Shown here one piece after another: positions 54,391 to 64,000 of a stretch of DNA of 64,000 nt; the first letter of the stretch is position 1, and each line of letters starts with the position of its first letter. Source of the DNA: the human T2T-CHM13v2.0 reference genome, Homo sapiens. Made by a program: the position numbers and the translations under genes. Under the pieces are notes generated by a model, which was not told the DNA's origin, searched no databases, and saw nothing but the letters and a program-made list of their open reading frames with translations. The stretch lies in assembly GCF_009914755.1 (NCBI RefSeq), contig NC_060944.1. One strand, written 5' to 3'.

Positions 54391-55459
54391 CTACTAAAGC
54401 CCAAGTGCTTTGCAGGTGGGGGTAGTCCCCATCCGTTGCACACTTCTGGGTGATGAATTCTGCTCAGTTGACAGTTTTCTGCCTTTCTCAAAGATCACAT
54501 TTGGAGTTTGGGCTTAATCTATCATGCTTCCAAAAGAACAGCAAAAAAAAAGAATAATAAATGGCAGACTAAATGGCAAGTAGCTCCCTCAACTCATGTC
54601 TGGGTGCTCGCTGCGAAGACTCTGAGGCATCCGTTTGAAAAGAGTGCCAGGAACTGATGACTATGATTTGATCCTGCCTTTGCAGGGCCTTGTTGTTGGA
54701 GGGATTCATCATGCGTAGGAATTATTTGTGCCTTAGCTAGAAGCCAAATGCTCTGCATTCCGCATTCGGGAAGAAGCACATGGCCGCCATTTCTACTCAC
54801 TTACCCCGGAGATAAATGACAGCTTTACATGGACAGATGCAGTCTGTTTGCTGGCTTCCATCTGGTTTTTAAATCACTCAAAGAAAGCTCCAAAGACACA
54901 TTTTTATGCTGCATAAAATACACAGAGGAGAAGAAAAGCCTGGGCTTCACACATTTGTTATTTCATTATTTGTGTTGCCTTTATAAAAGGAAAATCATGG
55001 AGTCATTTCCCCAATTCTTTTGACCTCTGAACATTCATTGCAACCTCTTAAATTTGATGTCTTCTTCCTAAATGTCCTCTCTGAAATTGCCCGATAATTC
55101 ACTCTTTATGCAGCTCTGACAGGGAATGAGAACATTTCTACTTTAAACAGCTCGGGGCACCTGAGGAGGGAACTCAGGAAAACGCATACTGCTTCGTTTT
55201 GGAGAAGAACATGCAGAGTTCCTGGCCAGCACTGTGCAGCCACGACTCCCCTCCCCTCGGACCAAGAACAGAGACTTGACTATTGTGTCCTTCACTCGTG
55301 CCCCACATGCCAAATGGCTCTATGACCCCCTTCGTTGGTTCAGACTCTGCCCTATAACTCAGGTGTCCATCCTTCTGCTGGCCTCACACCCTCTGCCTGG
55401 CCAAGGCAACAAAGGTCTGCTGAGTTCTTGCTCCATGTGGAGCCAACCCTGGGCTCTGA

Positions 55460-56095
55460 GGATCCACCTCTGAGCGAAAAAGCCACTCAGGGCTCTACTC
55501 TCATGGAGTTTGCTTTCTATAGTCGGGAGGGAGACAGAGCAGAAACAAATTAGTGACACGATGGTCATCCTTAGGAATAAACGCTGTGAAGAGAACAAAA
55601 AAGGCTCCATGACCTGCAGTGACAGCTAGGCAGAGAAGAAGGAAGGATGAAGTGAAGACATTTGTCCTGGGTGGCCAGGTAGGACCTGCCTTTGCAAGAG
55701 ATATTTGAACTGGGACCTGAAGGATCATAAGAAGCCGCCACACACAGACATGGGGAAAGTGGATTCAGGCAGAGCAAACAGAAGTGCAAAGGCCCTGAGA
55801 TGGGAACTAGTGTGGCATGTTCAACTAACAAGAAGTCCCAAGGGGCTGAGGGGTGCCAGGCACAGGGATTAACTCTACTCAGGCTCCATTCTTTTCCGGA
55901 GACCCCCCACACACCCCCCAAGCCCAGGATCATGGCCCTACACACCACTCCCATGGCATGCATGTCTTTGTCACAATTGTTACGTTTTTCCAAAGATTTT
56001 GATGTCTTTTTAGAATTGTATCTCTAATTCCTAACACAGAACTTAGTACATAGTAGGCACTTTGTACATTCATGTCAAATGAATGAATGAACAAA
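55460..56095. mobile_element. L2 fragments
   Basis: 'cagaagtgcaaaggccctgagatgggaa' and 'catagtaggcact...aaatgaatgaatgaa'. Confidence 0.65.
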
Positions 56096-57107
56096 CGCAC
56101 TGCACAGTATCCATCAGTGTGATCACCGCCATGTTGGAAGATGCCAACTACAAGGGCAGCCAATATAACTGGGTCTTTCTTCTTGCCACAGGCCCTGGAC
56201 CTCTCAATATTAAAATGATCCCCTACCTCCTCTGACCCCTTCCAACATTGGAGTTTGGTGAGAATAATAAAAATAGCTAATGCTTATGGAGCAGATACTA
56301 TCTGCCACACAATATGCCCTTAACATACATTTTCTAAATTAATACTCACTATCTCCACCCTGCAAATGAGGAGCGAAAGCCAGTCAAGGTAAGTATTGGC
56401 CCAAGGTCATGCAGTATTGGCCCAAGGTCATGCAGCTAGTAAGGGCTGGACCCTGCACAGATGTGAATCCAAATATTCCTGATTCTTAAGCCCATAGGCT
56501 TACCTCCCAGATCCTGCTCTCAAAAGCATCTGGGGCCTGAGTGCAAGGAAAAGATCAGGGGTCAGGGAGTCAGGGTGGGGGGAGGCCAGCAAGCACCTGG
56601 GGTCAACAGGGTGACAGAGAAGAGAGGACTGAGAACTTGCTCCTCAGCACCTGTGTTTTGCAGGCTTGAACTCAGCTGTGTTCCATAGGGTTCCTGTCCT
56701 GCTTGAGGTTAACACTAAGAAACACTGAGCCCCGGGCCCTTCAGGTGAACTGGGGACAGACACCTCCTTCAGGGAAAAGCCTGATGCCTTTCATCTTGGT
56801 GCCAGACAAGTTTGTTACTGAGCATAAAGATTGATTACTCTCCTTGCTTTGAAGGCTCTAGTCTGTGAGGTCTTAAGCAAATAATTACTGACTTGAAGTC
56901 AACTTTTTGTTATCCTTCTTTCCTCTCTTCTCCTCTCTGCCTCTCATCTCCCCCTCCTTCTCTTTCTCCCTTACCTCCTGCTGAGCCTGGCCTTTTGACA
57001 ATAGGCAGAATTGATCTCAAACCCCTCCAAGTTTGACCCAAAACAGCTTCCAGTGTGATGCTTGCTCTCTCTCCTTCTTTCCCACTGAGAAATCCGAGGC
57101 CCTAGGG

Positions 57108-57386
57108 CAGAGGTCAGAGGGTTTTTGTTGTTGTTGTTGTTGTTGTTTTTGTGTGTGTGTGTGTGTGTTTAATTTGTTTTGCTTTCTATAAAGGGATGAG
57201 CAGTAAACACTTTAGGCTTTGCAGGCCATTCAACCTCTATAGCAACTACTCAACTCTGCTGTTGTAGCATGAAGACAGCCACAGACAACACATAAATGAG
57301 CATGGCTGTGTTCCAATAAAACTTTATTTATAAAACGTGAGCTGAGGGCCAGATTTGGCTGGCAGGTCACAGTGTTCCAAACCCTG
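57108..57386. mobile_element. MER58A containing a (TTG)n(TG)n microsatellite (57122-57168)
   Basis: 'ttaggctttgcaggcca...caactactcaactctgc...catggctgtgttccaataaaactttattta'. Confidence 0.82.
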
Positions 57387-58509
57387 ACCTATAAGAGGTG
57401 TCATCCTAAGAAGGAAGGATCTTGGACTCCTGAGTCATCACTTGGGAGGCCACCTTCCAGACATCTGCATTGAAAGAAATCACTTTTATTGGATTAAGAA
57501 ACATACCAAGAGTTTGTGTTGTTGACTATGAAATGCAGTCTACCCTGACTAGGATTGTTACTCTTTTATCTTCTTTGTACTGTTTTGTAGTGTTTTCTTT
57601 TTCTTTACACACATATTTTTATTAACTTCATTTTTTGGGATGTGATTGTTTGCCTGAAAAGTAGTTTCCATTTTAGATGGCTGCCTTATTAGAAAACCCT
57701 TGATCACTAGAATTTTTTGAAACTTAGACATGCATCTCTGCATTCCATCTGTATCAGCCAATGCCATTCTGTAAATTCCCTCCTCGAAAACTAACCACAT
57801 GATTTTCTGTGGTATCATATGCAGCAAGATTACCATAGTTAGAACCAAAGACTAAAATACATTGCTCCAAATTTAATTAAATTTGAATTCAATGAGTTTG
57901 GTTTCTGCTGAACTGTTCATTTCTGCAAAGGATGGGGAGTTTCTGATACACCAAACTAATGAGCACCCAGGAAGCCAGCAGGGAGGATCCTCTGATGATG
58001 TGGGACCATTCTTGCCAACCAGAAATATGTCTCCTAGCTTAAGAAGTAACTGATAGTCCTCTAGGGAACCCCAGTATGCCTCAGGTAGGAAATGTGCTTC
58101 CATAAGCAAAAATCAACCAAATTTTAGAAGATCTATCATTTTCCTCATTTTCCAACTCAATCCCCAGAAGAGAACTGTGCAATTTAAGCCCACTCAAATG
58201 TTGGGGCACAGAGGGACCTAAGAGGAAAATGAGAAGCTGGGTAAAGTAATGCACTATGGAGACTCTGGCAGGAAATTATTTGTATGTTCTTCATGGGCTC
58301 GGTCTAAATGTGGCCCCTGAGCCTAGGACTTCAGGGCTTACTTATTTTCCAGCCCTTCCCAACCTTCTCTGCAGAACCAGTATGGGGCCTAGAGTCAACC
58401 TTACTCAGCATTTATGTGGTCAAAGACCTGCCGCTCTTTGTTTTAGATTATTTTCAACCATCTGCATATTTCTGTAGCTTCATGGTCTCTTCTGTTTTCC
58501 ACTACCACC

Positions 58510-58973
58510 TGTAGTGGGTTGAATGATGGTCCCCCCAAAAAAATATGTCCACATCGTAATCCCCAGATCCTGTAAGTGTTACCATATATGGCAAAATGTG
58601 TAAGTAGGTTAAGGCTATTGAGAGGAGAATATTATCCTGAATTGTGTGGGTGGGCCCTAAAGATAATCACATGCATCCTTATAAGACAGACACACAGAAG
58701 ATAAGATGATGTGAGGATGGGGGAAGGGATTGGAGTGATGAGACCCCAAGCCCAGAAATGCCTGGAGACCCCAGAAGATGGAAGAGGCAGAAATCATCCT
58801 CCCCCACAATCCTTTAGAGGAATTATAGCCCTGCCCACACCTCAATTTCAGATGCCTGCCCACACCTCAATTTCAGATGTCTGCCCTCCAGAACTTCGAG
58901 ATCATCAATTTTGGTTGTTTGAAGCCACCCAGTTTGTGGTCATTTGTTACAGCAGCTGCAGGAAATGCATACC
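58510..58973 (+). mobile_element. MLT1B/C-like MaLR solo LTR with an internal 25-bp tandem duplication (58830-58879)
   Basis: 'tgtagtgggttgaatgatggtcccccc...aagccacccagtttgtggtcatttgttacagcagc'. Confidence 0.82.
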
Positions 58974-60117
58974 ATTCAACCTCCCAAAAAATGATTTTAA
59001 AAATCATCATTCGTTCACTCAATAAACATATCGATACCGCTGATTTTAATGGGCCCTAACGCTGTATAGGCACTACCCTGAGCACTTCCACACGGTGGCA
59101 TTTAACCCTCTCCATACAATCACTGCTACCACCCCCTTATAGTCAGGGCAGCTGAAGCTCAGAACGTGGGGATAACTTGCTCAAGGTCACATGGCAAGTG
59201 GCAGAATCCTGGATTCAAATCTAAGCTGGCCTTTCTCCAGTGCCTTCCTTTTGTCCACTTCCCTGGAGTTCCACATCTGTTCCAGATTCTGGCGGGTCCC
59301 CAGCATGGAATCCTGCAGAGGAGACTCTGCACCAGGCCTGGGGTGGCTGCAACCAGAAGTGTCCCGTGGGCCTGTCTTTTCATCTCCAGAGTGCACCTTA
59401 CTTGGCTCAAAGAACTAATATGGAGCTGAATGAGACATGAATGCTTTATAGACCCTATTAAGACATGGCAGAGGAGGATGGTAGAGAATGTTCTACACCT
59501 ATTAAGGTTTCCTCTCTCCTGTTTTTATTATGTCACCTTTCTTACCTAGCCAAAGTCATATGAGAGAAAAATACCCACCAATTGTTTCAACAATACCATA
59601 GCTATCCCACAATTCTGTAAGGGTAAAATTCAAAGAGGCTCTAGAGCTCACTGGTGCAGTCCTTTCCTGTGGTCTGGAATCCCCTTATGACATGGTGAAG
59701 AAGGCGGAAGCCTGGGCAGTGGGGGGAAGAAATTGAGGAGGATTCCCAGCTCCCTGCGCCAGTACTTGGCTGTATGATCTACTTAACCCTTGCCAGCTTC
59801 CATCAAGTAATAATAATTTCAAAATAATACATCATAATGCCAAAATAATAATGTCATCTGTACAGAACTATAGTGTGCCTTTCATTAAAATACTCCACTA
59901 AATTTTGGGCAGCATGGTTAGGTCAGGAAGCAGCTGTTTCTTTTCTCTCCTGGGCTTTCAAATAATCTAATTTTATTTACATTTCTTATTTAATTTTAAG
60001 GGATCTGATTCATTAAAATTGTCTGACTAGCTCTAATTCTCAAAATCATGTGTCGGTAATGGGGAAATCTCATGGGAACAAAGATTCAATCATGCCTTGA
60101 TCATCGACTCTCATCCA

Positions 60118-60131
60118 GTTGCCATGGCAAT
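60118..60131. promoter_or_regulatory. RFX X-box motif
   Basis: GTTGCCATGGCAAT is 13/14 identical to the palindromic X-box GTTGCCATGGCAAC and lies in non-repeat DNA. Confidence 0.5.
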
Positions 60132-61199
60132 CTAGAGTATCATGGCGCCCTCCACAGATGTTCCAGCAAACTTTGGAGAAGACGAAAAATTAAGCAGATG
60201 CATTTTGTTAGAGCAATACCAGTGGGAGCAATATTGAGCTGAGGGGTCAAGCTATACCTCTGTGGTGATTCTCAAATTGTCATGAGCAAGCGATATTTGC
60301 AAGAGAACAGTTAAGCAGACCCTACAGAAAAATCATAGAAATGTACTACGACGTGGAACACTTTGCCTGGTGAGTATATAAAAGAGAAAGGTCAGAGAAG
60401 GCAGTAATTATGTTACAACAGAGATGATGTTGAAGGGGGATTCAATGCTCAGTGCTGTGTTAGACAATGTCAGGTATTTTTACGTCATGACGAAGAGTCC
60501 ATGTAATGCTCGTTGACTTCTTTCAAGATGTTTAGAGATTTCAGTTTTTCAACTGAAGATGCCAACAACTTTTAGCCCTCAAAAGTTGTGCCTGGGAAGA
60601 AACCTTTTGAAAACTTCCAGCCCAGATTGTGTGTCATCTGGTCCGAGGGATGTTTTACTCTGGCCACTTGCTGGCAAGTTACATAAAAATACCCACATAT
60701 GATGCCTGATATGTGAGCTAGGGTAGTTGCAGAAGTAGTAAATGTGCTACTTCAAATAATAGTAAACTGTTGCATTAAACTTTTATTTGTTCATTCATTC
60801 CTGGCTTGGGATAGGGACTGGGATTGGAGTTTATAAATAAGATCAGGAGGCCTGTGCTTGGGAAGCCCGTCCAAACAACCCAATTTGAAGGGCTTTGACA
60901 TCTAGGCTTGGATAATTCGTTGCATGACATGAATAAAATTTTCTTAAGATTTTTGTGTTAGACCAATCCAGGTTTTCTAGATTAAATCTCATGGTCTTGA
61001 AGGGGATAGTCTCATCTACTCAGAGTGGCTAAGTAGGATTAGTAATAAAGGCCAAACAATTTGCATACTGTACAAAAGAAGGTGACGGTATTCCAAAAGA
61101 GCTGGATGAGCATCCTAAGCAAGAAGTGTAGCACTGAGCTCTAAGAGCATGTTGATTCTAGTTGCCACTGTGGCTGACACTGAACACAGTGATCAATAA

Positions 61200-61942
61200 T
61201 TGTGGTGGTGATAATGATAATGGTGATGGTGGTGGTGATAATGATAATGGTGATGGTGGTGATGACAAGATGACACTGATAATGATGATGGTGATGATAA
61301 TGATGATGGTGGTGGTGAGAATAATGGTGGTGATGGTGATAATTATGCTACTGATGACATGATGATGGTGATGATAATGATGATGGTGGTGGTGAGAATA
61401 ATGGTGGTGATGGTGATAATTATGCTACTGATGACATAATGATGTGATGATAAGATGGTGATGGTCATGATGATAGAAATGATGGTGGTAGGGATGATGA
61501 TAATGGTGATGGTAATGATGATGGTGGTGGATGATGGTGGTGGTGATGGTCGTAGTTATGCTACTGATGATGATATAATGATGACGGTGGTGGTGATGAT
61601 AATGGTGATGGTGGTAGTTATGCTACTGATGATGATATAATGATGTGATGATTGTGACGTGATGATGGAGATGGTAGTGGTCATGGTAGGGATGTGATGG
61701 AAGGGATGATGGTAATGGTAATGGTGAAGATAATGTTGCTGGTGGTGGTGATGATAATGGTGGTGATGGTGGTAGTTATGTTACTGATGATGATTTAATG
61801 ATGTGATGACGATGATGTGATGATGGAGATGGCGATGGTAGGGAAGATGATAATGGTGATGGTGATGGTGAGTTTGATGATGATGATGGTGGTGGTGATA
61901 GTGAAATATGATGGTGTGATGATGATGATGATGATGATGATA
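61200..61942 (+). repeat. (GAT/GGT)n low-complexity array with higher-order repeats
   Basis: Direct inspection; 77-bp exact duplication at 61282-61437. Confidence 0.95.
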
Positions 61943-61976
61943 TAAACCTAAAGTTTATTGAAGGCTACCTATAGAG

Positions 61977-62198
61977 CAGGTATTGGCAAACTATGGCCCA
62001 CAGGTTAAATTTGGCCCACTTTCTGTTTATGTAAATAAAATCTGATTATCACACAGCCACGCCCATTTATTTGCATATTGTTTATCACTACCACCACACT
62101 ACAACAGCAGAGGAGAATAGTTGCAATAGACTGTAGGGGCCACAAAGCCTAAATTTTTTACTGTTTGATCCTATGCAGGTAAAGTAAGAAAACTTCTG
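61977..62198. mobile_element. MER58A
   Basis: 'caggtattggcaaactatggccc...gtaaataaaa...cacagccacgcccattt'; near-TSD ctatagag/ctgtagag. Confidence 0.82.
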
Positions 62199-62279
62199 CT
62201 GTAGAGAAAGGAAGGTATTCACCAGTCTAGTTTTCCCCAAGCTTCAGTGCACGTAAAAACTACTTAGTGGGTATGCTAT

Positions 62280-63192
62280 TGTGATGTATAGTAAGACATG
62301 TAAATACTGGTTTTCCTCCCTGGTTCCTGGCACTAAGCTATGGAAACACTTTTACTTTCCTGTGTGATATGTGTGCTAGGTGCTTATTTTGTCCTGACGT
62401 TTGGTATTTGAACCCGGTTCCTGAGACAGAGCTCCTAGTCTCTTGGAATTTCCTGGGTGATTAGAGCATGTTTTGTTCTAAGGAGACGACTCCTGGTGAG
62501 CTCCTGGATGGAGCCTGGTAGCCAGAAGCAACAAGGCATAATTAGAAGCCTGGAAGTTCCAGCCCCATTTCCAACCCTCCAGCCTTTGGGAAGAAAGGAG
62601 GAGCTAGAGATTGAGTCAATAATTGATCATGCCTGTGTGACAAGGCCTGCATAAATACCCCTGAACTACAGAGTTTAGAGAACTTCCAGGTTGGTGAACA
62701 CATTCCAGGGCAAGGAGAGTGGTGCAGCCGAATGTGATGGGGACAAAAGCTTCTGCACTCAGGACCCTTCCAGACCTTGCTGCACATACCTGCTCATCTG
62801 GCTGTTCAGCTATGTCTTTTATCATAGCCTTTATTATACAATAAACTGATAAGCATAAGCATTTTCCTTAGTTCTATGAGCTCACTAGCAAATTATTGAA
62901 CCTGAGGAGGGGGACGTGGGGACGCTGATGTACAGCTGGTCAGTCAGAAGCACAAGTGACCACCTGAGACTTGCAATTGGCGTCTGGAGTGGGGGCGGCC
63001 CTGTAGGACCGAGCTCTTATCCTATGAGACCTACACACTGTCCTCCAGTCAGTGTGAGGATTGAATTGAATTGCATGACACCCAGTTGATGTCAGAGAAT
63101 TGGTTGTTGATAGGGACAAAACCCACACATTTTGGTGACCAGAAGCGAAGTGTGAGAATATATAGAGACAGACAGTTTGATATTTCCTCACA
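62280..63192. mobile_element. MER21-family solo LTR
   Basis: 'cccggttcctgagacagagctcctagtctcttggaatttcctgggtga', 'gagaacttccaggttggtgaacacat', 'cccacacattttggtgaccagaag'; TG...CA ends. Confidence 0.85.
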
Positions 63193-64000
63193 GGGGGCTT
63201 GTATGATTAGACTCCTCAGCAGTTGTCTGTGGACAGTTCTTTGATAAACACCTTATGGGGTCCAGCCATGTGAGTTTTGAGACAGTATTAAGTGTCTCTG
63301 ATCCTCTAGTCTATCAAATGAGGCTTACATTTGATCTAGAGGTATTGGAAAATCGAACTGATGAAAAGTTTAAAAATTCAACATTACATAAATTCAAGCA
63401 GAATTAAGCCAGCTCAATCCTCCTTAACAAATAAACACCTTCAAGCTTCTTGCACAGACCAGGATATAGAATTTTAAGTTTGTCAGTCACTAAGTAGACC
63501 CACTGGAGAAAATTGCACTTTGCCTTTAAATGATTTACTGCTGTGATTTCCAGGGGAGCTTAACTGTTCACCATTGTCTCCAGGCAGTGCATTCTCCAAT
63601 TCTCAGACACGTTGTCTCAAGAAACCACTATTTTCAGTTTGCGATTTTTTTTCTGAAATTTTTCTGAGAAGGTACAGCTAAATTAAATTATTCTTCTTGC
63701 CACCAAACATGAGTTATGGTCTCCATCTCATTTAGCAACTTCTGTAATTTATCACCATTAAAAATGGTCTAAAAGGGCTTAATTTAGTTAATAGATTCCT
63801 CACCTCAGAGTCAGCTTCCCTCTGGTTTAAGCTGCTGTTTCTCATGCCACAGAAAGACAGACTCTCTCTCTGAAACAGATATTACTGATTTCCACATAAT
63901 GTTCCTGAAGTCTGAGCTGACTTTTCATGAAGTGAGACAGATGCATGGCGCTAACTCCAGCCACCTGCTGTGGCCTCGGATTGGCATTTTAAATGAGAGA

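Noticed and set aside
56558-56582. G-quadruplex-compatible motif (also 51636-51657)
   Set aside because: Common in primate DNA; no contextual evidence of function.

Overview
Gene-poor, repeat-rich primate (great ape, most likely human) genomic DNA, either intronic or intergenic. I recognise no protein-coding exon, tRNA, rRNA or structured ncRNA gene. All listed ORFs are explained by repeats, low-complexity DNA or chance. The window contains Alu/FLAM SINEs, young 5'-truncated L1PA3/PA4 copies, older L1PA/L1M/L2/MIR fragments, solo LTRs (THE1, MLT1, MLT2, MER39, MER21), DNA-transposon fossils (Arthur1, MER1A, MER20, MER58, MER5, Tigger4-like), long simple repeats and several local tandem duplications. 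The most striking feature is a perfect 67-bp-arm palindrome (27800-27941) fused to the 5' end of an L1PA3 insertion. Its 8-bp target-site duplication spans the hairpin loop, which points to snap-back (fold-back) DNA synthesis during retrotransposition. Other items: an L1PA4 with a ~17-nt twin-priming inversion, an almost abutting inverted Alu pair, an unexplained 22-bp inverted repeat, candidate minus-strand lncRNA splice sites and several motif clusters that could be enhancers. Repeat subfamily names come from remembered consensus motifs and boundaries of old repeats are approximate. Regulatory and splicing calls are inferences.
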